A stretch of DNA of 32,000 nt from Candidatus Saccharimonadota bacterium (lineage in GTDB: Bacteria; Patescibacteriota; Gracilibacteria; BD1-5; UBA6164), in contig OZ245768.1 in assembly GCA_965227835.1 (NCBI GenBank), positions 1,290,001 through 1,322,000 on the forward strand, written 5' to 3'. The translations under genes were made by a program, and so were the position numbers. This document shows positions 19,951-31,987 of this stretch, in pieces; position 1 is the first letter of the stretch; each line of letters begins with the position of its first letter. The notes under the pieces were generated by a model. That model was not told the origin of the DNA and ran no database searches. It saw only the letters and a list, made by a program, of their open reading frames with translations.

Positions 19951-21042
19951 ATGAAAATATTAGCATTTGAAACATCTTGTGATGATACTTCTTTAGCGAT
20001 TTTTGAGGATGAAAATCTAGTTTTTATGGAAACAAAAACTCAGATAAAAATTCATAAAGATACAGGAGGAGTTGTTCCAGAGATAGCAGCTAGAATACAT
20101 GCTGAATCAATTTTTAAAATATTAGATAATGTATTGAAAAAATCTTTCATTAAGTTAGAAAATTTGGATTATATAGCTGTTACAAAAACACCTGGGTTAA
20201 TACCTAGTCTTTTAACTTGATTAACAGTTGCCAAGACCTTATGAAACATTTTGAAAATACCTATTATTGAGATAAACCATATAGAATCTCATATTTTTTC
20301 TAACTTTTTAGAAAGGAAAAGACAGGACATAAAATTCCCTCTTGTGTGTTTGACGGTATCTTGATGACATAATGAAATATATTATATGAAAGATATGTTT
20401 TCTATGGAAAAAATATGAGCTACCCAAGATGATTCTGCTTGAGAAGCTTTCGATAAAGTTTCAAAAATGATGTGATTATGATACCCTGGATGACCTATTA
20501 TTAGTAAACTTGCTAAAGAGTATGAAGATTCTCTTGTACTATCAAATAAGAAAAAAGCCATATTTCCAAGAGTATGGCTTGATAAATCTATGCATGATTT
20601 TAGTTTCTCTGGTTTAAAAAGTGCCGTAAAAAGAGAAATTGATAAGAGAATACTTAAAAATGAAGAAATTTTAAAAAAATCTAGTGATTCGTTAAAAAAA
20701 CAAGAGTTAGTTGAAATAAAAAATAGGGGAGAGATTTTATTGACTTTGGGTGACAAAAAAGAAATAGCATATGAGTTTGAAAATGCTGTTACCGAAGTTT
20801 TATCTTACAAATTAATAAATGCTTGATTTGTAAAATGAGTAAAAAATATAATGCTTACAGGTTGAGTTAGTGCTAACAATAAACTTGTGGATTTAGTAAA
20901 CGAAAAATCAAAAAAGGAGGATTTTAGTTTTACATATCCAGCTAAAAAGATTTATTGCTGTGATAATGCTGCTATGGTAGGTATTAATGCTTATTATAGG
21001 ATAAAGTTTTTAGGGGAAAGGGAGTTAGAGCCCTCTGTATAA
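19951..21042 (+). CDS. tsaD: tRNA N6-adenosine threonylcarbamoyltransferase TsaD (Kae1/Gcp family), 363 aa.
   Basis: The protein reads MKILAFETSCDDTSLAIF, INHIESHI, VSGGHNEIY, GEAFDKVSKMMGLGYPGGP and LTGGVSANNKL. The track ORFs 19951..20220 and 20590..20826 are in-frame pieces of this gene joined through TGA. Confidence 0.9.
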
Positions 21043-21111
21043 TTAGCACCTATTAAAAAATAATTTTACAGATAGCCTTTTATAATTAGATTAAAAAATT
21101 GTATTACTGAT

Positions 21112-21480
21112 CTATTTTTTCAATTCACAAATTTTGTTATCATTACAAATAGGCTTTAGTCCAATATTTAGATCTGGATTTATACAATCATAAAAAAATC
21201 CTAATTCTTTTTCAATTTCTCAAGCTTTTTTGTTATAACTTTTCCAACTAGCTTTAGAGTTAGACTTATTTATTGCCTTTGGTCCACCACAACCCCAACC
21301 AGAAATATTTACAATTTTACAATCCTCATCAAAATCACAGTTGATTTTAATATTTGATTTACCATTTTCAAAAGGATAATTTAGGTATTTAGTTTGTTTT
21401 TTATCATCTTTGTAGTTACAGCTTGAAATTATTAGCAAAGATAGTAAGTAAAAAAGTAAAAATAATTTTTTGTTAATCAT
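21112..21480 (-). CDS. Small Cys-rich lipoprotein, 122 aa.
   Basis: The signal peptide MINKKLFLLFYLLSLLIISSC has a lipobox-like ISSC, and 7 further Cys follow. Reading through the TGA at 21220-21222 extends it to TAG at 21112-21114. It starts 10 nt after the stop of the upstream carboxypeptidase gene. Confidence 0.6.
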
Positions 21481-21489
21481 AAATAAATT

Positions 21490-22422
21490 TTATTTTATAA
21501 AATCACTGCATATTTTAATTTCTAAACTATCAGCATCAATGGAAACTTGTGCTCAAATAGGAAGAAAAGCATGTGGTTGATAGTGCCCAAACTCATTGGT
21601 TTTTATTATAGGAATATTGTATTGATAAATAAAATCTACTATTATATCTTCGGCCTCGTTATTTGTATCTTCAAATCAGTTATTATTTCAAATTACAACT
21701 CATTTACAATATTTAAAAAATCATAAATATTTTAATTGGGTTAATTCTGATAAGATTAAACTAGAGTATCAGTTGTATGTCTCTATAAAAAATATAAAAT
21801 CTTTTAAAATTTTTGGAAAATATTTTGTTCCAGCTATTCTTAATAAAGATGATATACTACAGCCAATTAATGTTCCTCTTGCTTTTCATTTTTGTAGGGC
21901 ATATCTATGTTTTATATTAGAAGTTGCAATATTTTTTTCTCATAAAAAAAGCCTTTTATAAAAATATTCTTGAGAGTACTTAAAGTCCATCTCTTTATCA
22001 TTCCCTATTTTAGGATCAGGACCATGGAATCATATGATACCTGTTTGTGAGTAAACAGAGTAAATTAGCATATCTATATCACTTTTTCCTATTATTATTT
22101 TTGGATTTTTTTTTACTTGTTCAAAATCAATAAATTCTAACATTTGTATTAGTGTATTACCACCTTGTAGACACCATATTCAATTAACTTCTTTGTTTTT
22201 TATCATCATATTGAAATCTCTAGCCCTTTCTTTAGGACTTCATCCTGAAGTTTTGAACTTGTCTGTTTTCATAAAATTTTGACTCAATAAGATTTTACAT
22301 CATATACTTTCAATATACGAAATAAAGTTCTTTACAAGAAAGAACTTATCTTTAGTACATGGTTTTGATGGAACAATAATACCAATTGTATTTCCCCTTT
22401 TTAGCTTTGGTGCTAATATCAT
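21490..22422 (-). CDS. LD-carboxypeptidase (peptidase S66, LdcA/MccF-like), 310 aa.
   Basis: The protein reads GNTIGIIVPSKP, IWCLQGGNT, IIGKSDIDML (Ser nucleophile context) and EFGHYQPHA near the C-terminus. The frame is scanned by hand from ATG 22420-22422 to TAA 21490-21492. Confidence 0.7.
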
Positions 22423-22471
22423 ATCTAAAAGTATTTAAAATCATTAATATATAGCTTATTATATTTTTACA

Positions 22472-23266
<795 letters not shown>

Positions 23267-23292
23267 TCAAAAGTATTTAAACTATTATAATA

Positions 23293-23814
23293 TTACCCTA
23301 ATATAGAACTAAACCTTCCCTCACTTATAACTTTTACTACTTCTGTTGCAAGAAAAACTTTTCCATTCATGCAAACATATACTCCATTTTGAAGATGTTG
23401 TAGCTTTGAAATTGCAAAACCTATATTAAAACCACCATCTGACATTGTAAATTCTGCCATTGGTAGCATTGATGCTATAAATATAACCACTTGATCTTTT
23501 CTTTTTAGATTTGCTTGTAAAAATCTAGCAGAATCAGGCATTGTATAAGTACCATGTGTTACTATAATATGTTTATGAGAACTTTCCTCTATTTTCTTCA
23601 ATACACTATTCAAGTCTTCTTTCGTTATTTCGCGACTATCTTTCATACAAACTTCACTAAACTCTATCTTATTCTCTAAGTTAACAGATTCTATATATCT
23701 TGGAATTATAGAATGTTTATTTGGAACGGCTGTATCTTTAGTTGACTCATAATATGAATCAATAGTTCATCCAGTAATAATAAAATGTATAGGTAAAGGT
23801 GTTTTTACCCCCCC
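23293..23814 (-). CDS. Single-domain L-asparaginase-like protein, about 173 aa, whose open frame has no canonical start upstream of its catalytic motif.
   Basis: The frame is open from 23814. It encodes IITGGTIDS (nucleophile Thr motif) and VTHGTYTM (the HGTDT-type motif). The first in-frame ATG is at 23644-23646, downstream of TGGTID. The only nearby ATGs (23819-23824) are in another frame, separated from this one by the G8 run. Confidence 0.6.
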
Positions 23815-24041
23815 CTATCATCATATAGCTTCTTAATCTTATCTATTATATCATGATCTAGGCTAGTTACTTTATTTCAAGCACTATGGGTTATACTTTT
23901 AACTTCAATTTTTTTATAATCATATATTCTAATATCTGGATGATGATCAAGCTCATTAGCTAAATCTCTTATTTTCTCTAAAAAAGAAAAAGCTTCATCA
24001 AAACTATTAAATTCTAGATTTAGTGATAATGGTGTTTCCAT
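23805..24041 (-). CDS. Pterin-4a-carbinolamine dehydratase (PCD/DCoH-like), 78 aa.
   Basis: ELDHHPDIRIYDYKKIEVKSITHSAGNKVTSLD matches the HHP-x5-Y/W...H...D signature. The gene runs from ATG 24039-24041 to TAA 23805-23807. Confidence 0.7.
23808..23815. repeat. C8 (G8 on the coding strand) homopolymer at the pterin dehydratase / asparaginase-like gene junction.
   Basis: I counted the run directly in gtttttaccc|ccccctatca. It encodes the RGG C-terminus of the upstream gene and lies between ATGATG (23819-23824) and the asparaginase-like frame. Confidence 0.9.
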
Positions 24042-24058
24042 AAATTTAAATTAAACAT

Positions 24059-24472
24059 TTAAAGAATTTCTTTATTTTTTTCATTTCTTTCCTCTATAAT
24101 TTTTTTAATTTTATCCATAATTGCTGGGTGAGTTTCAAAAAGTTTTTTTAATGAAAAATCAATAATTACTACCAATACTGAATCTACTAATGCCCTAGTT
24201 CAAGCCATTCTTTTTGACTCATTTCAAAACAAAGCCATTTCTCAAAAAATATTATCTGCTTCTATATGTCACAATATTAAACTTCAATCACTACTGCTCT
24301 TATATACTTCTACTTTTCAACTTTTTAATATATACATAGAATTAGCTAAATCTCACTCAGCGAATATATCCTCTCAAGCTTCCACAAATCTTTCTTGGCA
24401 AAACATTTCAAGAGACTCTATTTCTCCGTTACTTAATTCTCACAAGATATTTATTCAATTTAGTATAGACAT
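24059..24472 (-). CDS. Stand-alone cyclic-nucleotide-binding domain protein, 137 aa, with no DNA-binding domain.
   Basis: The protein reads FAEGDLANSMYILKSGKVEVY, then FGEMALF, then RMAGTRA, which is a typical cNMP-binding cassette. The frame is scanned by hand. Confidence 0.7.
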
Positions 24473-24489
24473 ATTTTAAATTTAAAAAA

Positions 24490-26811
24490 TTAAATATTTT
24501 TTTGTATTTCTATTTTATATATTTCCAAAAGATCACCCTCTTCTACATCCGTTTTTCATTCGAATCTTATTCAACATTCCAAAGGTCATTCTAACTCCTT
24601 TACCTCTTCTATTCATTGCTTTAAAGAAGTTATTTTTCAATCTAATATTTTTTTATCTTTTCTAATAACCCTTGCAAGACAATTTGACTCTATTTTGCTA
24701 TCTTTTTTTAGATCAATTCACAAAATAAGGAATTTTTTATCTGTGTAAAACTTAGCTAGCACGCTTGCATTTCAAAGGAAAATCTCTATCTCTCTTGGGT
24801 CAAGCATTCACGATACTATTTTTTCTATTTTTTCTGTTATATGATATATAATTTTAGAATTTATATATGTTACATCAGATCTTTCAAGAATAGTTTTTGC
24901 ACTTGATACTATATCTATATTGAATCAAACAAGTACAGCTTCAGATGAATTAACCATCAACACATCTCATTCGGTTATATTTCAAACTCAAGAATGAATA
25001 ATAGCTATATTTGTCTCATCTGTTGATAATTTTAGTATAGAAGATTTTATGGCCTCTAAACTACCATTTGTATCAGCTTTAATTAAAACTTTTAATTGTT
25101 TCAAATTACCCGCTTTTATTTTAGACATCAAAACTTCCAATCAGGAAGATTTATTTTTTTCTTCTTGTTTTGTTAGTTCTCTATACTCATCAGCTTTACT
25201 TTTAGCAATACTAGAAGATGATACTACTTGTAATATGTCTCATCAATTTACCACCTTGTCAAGTCATATTATAAGTACAGGATCTCAAGGTAGTGATTTT
25301 AATAGTCATATGTTCTCAAAGTTTTTCATCACTTTTACTTTTCAAAAAGAATCATTACAGACTACATTATCACCTTTGTTTATAGTTCAAGTATTTACTA
25401 GGACTGTAGAAACAGGTCAAAGTGATTTATCAAGATGAGATTCAATTACTGTAGCAACTCAATTTCTATTTGGGTTTGCTTTTAATTCTTTTATTTCAGC
25501 TACCAAAAGTAAGATTTCCAAAAGATCATCTATTCAAAATCAAGTTTTTGCCGATACAGGTACTACTGGAGTATCTCCTCACCAATCTTCAGGAGTAAGA
25601 CCATTTTCAGATAATTGTCATTTAACATGATCGGGGTTAGCTCCTTGTTTATCCATCTTGTTTATAGCTACTATTACAGGTATTCAAGCTTCTTTTGCAT
25701 GTGATATTGATTCTAAAGTTTGGGGTTTTATACCTTCATCTGCTGCGACAACTAGTACTGCTATATCTGTAGCTTTTGCTCCTCTATATCTCATTATTGT
25801 AAATGCTTCATGTCCTGGTGTATCTAGAAATGTTATTTTTTTGCCATTTTGTTCTACTTGATATGCTCATATACTTTGAGTTATACCTCAAGCTTCTCAA
25901 TCTGCTATTTTAGACTTACGGATACAATCCAAAAGAGATGTTTTTCCATGATCTACATGTCACATTATACTTACAACAGGAGGTCTTTCTTCCAGCTTAG
26001 ATGAATCTTCCTCCACTAATAAGTCTGCTATATTTCAAGACATTAATTCTTTTACACTTACTCAACTTGAATTATCTTTTTGTAATTTTACTTCAAAAGC
26101 TTCTGCTATTATAGAAGCTGAATCAAAATCTATTTTTGAATTTATATTAACCATCATACCATTTTTCATAAACTCAGCTATAAGTTTTACTAAGGGTACT
26201 CAGACTTTTTCTGAAAACTCTTTTAGGCTAAATGTTTCTCATATGGTTATGGTTTCTCAAGTACGAACAGTTAAATTTTGTTTTATATCTTCTACTTTCT
26301 TTTCTTCTTTTTTTGTTTTTATAATTTTTTGAGATCTAGTAAAACTTGTGTCTTCTGGTTCTTTATCATAAAACCTAAACTTTCATCTAGTTTTTGTTTT
26401 TTGAAATGTTTTTTTCTTACTGTTATCTTCTTCTTGATTTTTATTTTTAAAATTTTTATTTTTTAATCATCATCTAGGTTTATCTTCTCAGAAATTTTTT
26501 GGTTTAATTGTTTTATTATTTTTGAAGCTAAATTTAGCTTCTTTTTCAACTTTTTTTTCTTCACCTGTATTTTCTACTACATTTACTTTTTGAATTATCT
26601 TTTTTTTAACTACTTTATTTTCTTTATTTGATTCTTTATTATTCGTAGAAAAATCAGAAGAATTTATTGGTTCTTCTGTCTTTTTTACTACTTTTTTTAT
26701 TACTTTTTTTACTTTAACTTTTTGCGAATCATCTTTTTTTCAAGATTTGTTTTCTCAAGAAGTAGACTTTATAGAGCTATAGTAATCGTCTATTATTTTC
26801 TCTTCAGGCAT
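24490..26811 (-). CDS. infB: Translation initiation factor IF-2, 773 aa.
   Basis: The N-terminal region is Lys-rich. The G domain reads [20 protein letters not shown] (first G is TGA at 25960-25962), then DTPGHEAFT, then NKMDK. The whole frame is scanned for TAA/TAG. No nusA lies upstream. Confidence 0.92.
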
Positions 26812-26910
26812 TTTAGGTATTTTTAAATTAACTATTTTGTTATAGTTAAAGAATATAAATTTCAGCTAAAGGGTAGATATCTTGATTTCTACTCTATAGC
26901 TGATTTTTTT

Positions 26911-26992
26911 GAAAAATATAAAATCTTATATTTTTCAAAACATACATTAAAAAATGTTTGGACAAATATAAGATTTTTTGCTTTTTTGTCAA
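26911..26992 (-). promoter_or_regulatory. infB upstream control region with a putative promoter and nested inverted repeats.
   Basis: On the minus strand: TTGACA (26987-26992), a 16-nt spacer, then TATATT (26965-26970). GAAAAATATAA (26911-26921) and TTATATTTTTC (26926-26936) form an 11-bp perfect inverted repeat. AAAATCTTATATTT (26920-26933) and AAATATAAGATTTT (26964-26977) form a 14-bp perfect inverted repeat that overlaps the -10. Confidence 0.4.
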
Positions 26993-27029
26993 AAAATAAG
27001 GGAATTTACATAAAGATAAAAAACTATAT

Positions 27030-28361
27030 TTAGAATAATTTTGAAGTTTTTAAAAGTTCTTTATATCTTCTTCTAAATCTTTTTTTGTTAAACGAATTTT
27101 CTCTATACAATAAACCTAAAAATAAAAACAATAATATGGTTATGTATGTATATTCAAAAACATGAAGAAACATATTCATTACCAAGACAGAAATTATCAT
27201 TAAAAAAATATAAATATTTCTATATAAGTTCTTGAGAATAAGAAAAAATATATATAAAAATAAGGTCAGATAAACTATTCATCATTCTATAAGTATTTGA
27301 ATAAACCGACTCTCAGGTATATAATACCTATCTGTTTCTAAAGTTATCTCAGATTTTATCACTTTTCTATAAGCCGGACCAGAACTAGCGAGTCATGCTC
27401 AAAATGGTTTTTCATAAAACCTATCAATTCCATTTGCCATTCTAGTAATATGTCCGTTTGTAGAGCCTTCCCTAAAAAATACATTGTAAAATTTATCTTG
27501 AAACATATATGATAAACTAGAGGAAATCAATATAAAACAAATTCAAAAAACTATCATATATTTTTTAAAATACTTAATTAAATATTTATAATTTACAATA
27601 AATAATATAAAAGATGATATTATTATTCCAAGCATTGCGGCTCTGCTATATGTCAAAAAAACAAGACAAAACAAAATTGAAATTCAAATAAAAATAGAAA
27701 AATCTTTAATTTTTTTTCTGTTTATATGAAGAAATATACCACTAAATAAAATTAAAAAATATCCCATAGCCAAAGGACTATCCAAAATTCATTGGAATCT
27801 CCTAATTTGACTAGCCTCAACTCATTGATAAATAGGAACCCCTCATCCAAATCAAAATTCTGCTACCTGAATAGTAAATCAAAACAAACTTAAAATCTCT
27901 TCTCAAACTATAAATTTTACCACAATTCACAAAAATAAACTTATAGATCACCAAATCAAAAACAATCTAAGTAAACTAGATATTTTTTCTTTTATCAAAA
28001 CTCTACCATGTCTAAATATTAGAAATACTACAAATCATAAAAAATCATATCTACCACCATAAATTATACTAGAAAATCAAAGTCAATTTAAAATTGTTAT
28101 TGCCAATCAATAAAAAATAAAGGCAAAAATCAAATAATCTATTAAATCAAACTTTATTTTTTTAATATTTTTAGCGAAGAAATATTCATATAAAAGTGAA
28201 AAAAAAAGAAGAATTAGTACTAATTCTTTTATAAAAAAACCAAAGAAACCAAATCCTATTACTTTATCAAAATAAACCTTTATTACTACATAAAATGGTA
28301 ATATAATTATAAGAAATTTGGTAAGTATAGTAAATAGGTTTGTGTCTTTCAAAGATATCAT
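27030..28361 (-). CDS. O-antigen ligase/polymerase-like (Wzy_C family) polytopic membrane protein, 443 aa.
   Basis: There are about 10 or more hydrophobic helices. Motifs seen: LTYSRAAMLG, a loop GHITRMANGIDRFYEKPFGAGLASSGPAYR, and ESRFIQILIEGGIVYL. The frame is scanned by hand through many TGA, from ATG 28359-28361 to TAA 27030-27032. Confidence 0.6.
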
Positions 28362-28373
28362 AATAAATAAATC

Positions 28374-28811
28374 TTATAGATCAGAAAAATCTGCAGGTAT
28401 ATCTTCTATATTATTATCCTGTATATTTGAAGTTCCATAATTATAATCACTTGCTGCAAATATACTGTTTCAAATTTCTTCTATTTTTTCAAGTATTCTT
28501 GCGGGTTTAGCATATCTTTCTACATCTATTCACAAAAGTCTTCACAGTATAGGGAATAGGAATATAGAAGCTACTGTCATTATCAATCAAAAAACGGCAT
28601 ATCTAATAGTATTTATAGCAGGTTTTATTTTATCTTCTTTTCATCATGATAATATAAGTAAAAGCCCCCCATAAAGCACAAACATTATAGATAAAATTCA
28701 TGCTGTTAATACAAAAATAGATATAACCAATAAAACAAAATCTCAAAATTCCATATTGTTAGAGAATATTGCAGAATTAGTTCATCCAAAAGAACCACTA
28801 GATAAATCCAT
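28374..28811 (-). CDS. Small two-TM protein resembling TrbC/VirB2-type (T4SS pilin-like) proteins common in CPR genomes, 145 aa.
   Basis: The core reads FVLLVISIFVLTAGILSIMFVLYGGLLLILSGGKEDKIKPAINTIRYAVFGLIMTVASIFLF. That is TM1, then GG...SGG, then a basic loop, then an I-YA-GL TM2 pattern. The tail is acidic. The gene ends 12 nt before the ligase-like gene starts. Confidence 0.45.
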
Positions 28812-28999
28812 AGAAACTTGAGTTACATTTATAAATTAATAAGAAAGGGGTAAAAATTTCTTCTTAAAGATAAAAATAAATATTTTAGGTAATTTTTACG
28901 AATAAAATTTTTTGAGTTAAAAATTACAAAAAAGATTATTTTTTTAACAGATATGATTTATTTAAATCTATCTTTAAATATATATTTTTTAATCTTAAT

Positions 29000-29245
29000 T
29001 TAATCTAAAACCTTTAAATTTATTCTTTTTTCCATTTTTAATCACAATACTTTAAGTATTGATCTTATAGCATTAACAGTATTTCAAGATTTTCATATGA
29101 TAAGCCCCATATCTTCTGGGTTAATTTTTAGAGTCAAAAGAATACCCAGCTCATCTTCCTGTCTATTTATTTCTATATCCCCAGGATTTTTTACCAGATT
29201 TTCTATAAGAAATTTTAGAAAATCCACTTCTTTTTCTACGGCCAT
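29000..29245 (-). CDS. KH-domain RNA-binding protein (YlqC/KhpA, UPF0109), 81 aa.
   Basis: The protein reads LVKNPGDIEI...GLIIGKSGNTVNAIRSILKV (the GxxG KH motif). It sits downstream of rpsP, as in many bacteria. Confidence 0.8.
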
Positions 29246-29284
29246 TTTTTAAATAGTTATTAAATATAATATAGACCTTATTAT

Positions 29285-29324
29285 AACAAAAAAAATAAAA
29301 GCTTCAAGTTAAATAGAAGCTTTT
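29285..29324 (-). terminator. Intrinsic terminator or attenuator between rpsP and the KH-protein gene.
   Basis: AAAAGCTTC (29297-29305) and GAAGCTTTT (29316-29324) form a 9-bp perfect stem with a 10-nt loop. On the minus strand A-TTTTTTTT-G follows. Confidence 0.5.
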
Positions 29325-29340
29325 ATTAAAAAATTATTGT

Positions 29341-29580
29341 TTATATAGCTATATTATTGGTTTTTACTAGCTTTTCTACCCTTGGTGATAGAAGTGCACC
29401 ATTTGATATAAATTTTTTTATTCTATCTAAATTCTTTAATTTAAATTCTTTGGTAAAAGGATTATAAAAGCCTAAAACCTCTTTATATCAGTGTGTAGAT
29501 GATTGTTTATGTTCAGTTAAAACAACTCTAAAAAATGCACTGTCTTTTTTTCATACTCTTGATAATCTTATCTTTAACAT
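29341..29580 (-). CDS. rpsP: 30S ribosomal protein S16, 79 aa.
   Basis: MLKIRLSRVGKKDSAFFRVVLTEHKQSSTHGYKEVLGFYNP is a typical S16 N-terminus. Confidence 0.88.
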
Positions 29581-29635
29581 ATTTATTATTTTAGTATTAT
29601 AATTTTAAATTATTTTTAATATATTATTTATAATA

Positions 29636-29721
29636 TGGTGCCCAGACCGGGAATTGAACCCGGACTACCAAAGGTAACGAGATTTTAAGTCTCGCGTGTC
29701 TACCAATTCCACCATCTGGGC
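29636..29721 (-). tRNA. tRNA-Leu (anticodon UAA), type II with a long variable arm, CCA encoded.
   Basis: The reverse complement is GCCCAGATGGTGGAATTGGTAGACACGCGAGACTTAAAATCTCGTTACCTTTGGTAGTCCGGGTTCAATTCCCGGTCTGGGCACCA. The anticodon arm is CGAGA-CTTAAAA-TCTCG. Confidence 0.88.
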
Positions 29722-29753
29722 TTATTAAAATCATTAGAACTAAAAGGCTTTAC

Positions 29754-29951
29754 CTAGGTAAGCCCTTTTTTTCTTAAAATTCTAAGACCTTTAGCTGAAA
29801 CTCTTATTCTAAAGGTTAAACCTGTATAGGGGTCTTTTATATTTTTATAAAAAAGATTTGGTAGAAATTTTCTTTTAGTAGCTCTCATAGAGTGACTTCT
29901 TCTATTTCATACTGTTGTTTTTTTTCAGGTTATTTGGCATATTCTAGACAT
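29754..29951 (-). CDS. rpmB: 50S ribosomal protein L28, 65 aa.
   Basis: [33 protein letters not shown]...RVSAKGLRIL matches the L28 pattern as I recall it. Confidence 0.85.
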
Positions 29952-29974
29952 CAAGTATCTTTTAAAATATAAAT

Positions 29975-30298
29975 TTATATAGTCTTTTCAGATATTTCAA
30001 TACCTATTCAACTAGGTATATTTACACTTTGTAACAACTCTAATGTTTGAGAGTTAGGTTCTAAAATTTCTATAATTCTTCTATGTCTTCTTATTTCAAA
30101 TTGCTCTCTTGAATCTTTGTTTACAAAAGTAGATCTGTTTACTGTTACTTTTTGTATTTTAGTGGGTAGAGGCACAGGACCTACAACTAAAACTCAAGAA
30201 TCTTTAGCTAGTAATACTATTTTTTTTACAGCTTCATCTAATAGTTTATGGTCAAAAGATTTTATTCTAATTCTAATTTTTTTACTACTTTTTGGCAT
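29975..30298 (-). CDS. rpsJ: 30S ribosomal protein S10, 107 aa.
   Basis: The protein reads IRIRIKSFDHKLLDEAVKKIV...GPVPLPTKIQKVTVNRSTFVNKDSREQFEIRRHRRII. Confidence 0.88.
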
Positions 30299-30340
30299 AA
30301 TATTTTATTTTAAATAACACTTAAATATAAGCTAATGAAT

Positions 30341-30363
30341 GAACCTTTAATTGCTAAAGGTTC
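30341..30363 (-). other. 9-bp perfect hairpin in the tuf-rpsJ spacer, with no U-tract.
   Basis: GAACCTTTA (30341-30349), loop ATTGC, TAAAGGTTC (30355-30363). Confidence 0.4.
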
Positions 30364-30397
30364 AGTACATCAATTTATATTTGGAATATATTTATAA

Positions 30398-31594
<1,197 letters not shown>

Positions 31595-31651
31595 AATATT
31601 TTTGGTTAATTATTAAATTAAATGTAAAATTTTGGGTAAAATTGTGGACTT

Positions 31652-31679
31652 ATTATAGTTTTTTTTGTTAAAAATCAAA
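31652..31679 (-). promoter_or_regulatory. Putative promoter of tuf.
   Basis: On the minus strand: TTTGAT (31674-31679), a 16-nt spacer, then TATAAT (31652-31657). It lies about 58 nt upstream of the tuf ATG. Confidence 0.4.
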
Positions 31680-31687
31680 CGAAAAAA

Positions 31688-31774
31688 CTATTTAGCTCTT
31701 TTTCTCATTTTTTTCTCTATAATTTTTATAGCTCTTCTTAGTTTTTTATGAGCATATGTTCTTAATCTAGGCAT
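31688..31774 (-). CDS. Possible 28-aa very basic micro-ORF (MPRLRTYAHKKLRRAIKIIEKKMRKRAK).
   Basis: It runs from ATG 31772-31774 to TAG 31688-31690. It is in the same frame as the upstream 69-aa ORF, separated from it only by TAA-AAT. No family recognised, and it may not be translated. Confidence 0.25.
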   Translation of the reverse strand: MPRLRTYAHKKLRRAIKIIEKKMRKRAK

Positions 31775-31777
31775 ATT

Positions 31778-31987
31778 TTAAATTTTGTTAAGATTTATTT
31801 TATATTTCTTAAGTTTTGCTAAAACTATAGTTAAAGCATTAGAAAGCCATTTGCTTTCTCATTCAAAAGATACTCTTTTTTGCAATTTTTTATAATGATT
31901 TATAGCTTTTGCAACTTTTGTTCAGCTTTTAGGTCATTTTTTATTAACTGCATAGTTGAGTCTTCTAGGTCTTTTATTAGCAGGCAT
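31778..31987 (-). CDS. Hypothetical small basic protein, 69 aa.
   Basis: It runs from ATG 31985-31987 to TAA 31778-31780 and contains 3 in-frame TGA. The N-terminus is MPANKRPRRLNYAVNKKGPKSGTKVAKAINHYKK. It does not match the ribosomal proteins I can recall (L35, S20, S21, L33). Confidence 0.35.

Noticed and set aside
25049-26466. Plus-strand track ORFs 25049..25438, 25658..25861 and 26278..26466.
   Set aside because: They are antisense to infB and have no recognisable motifs.
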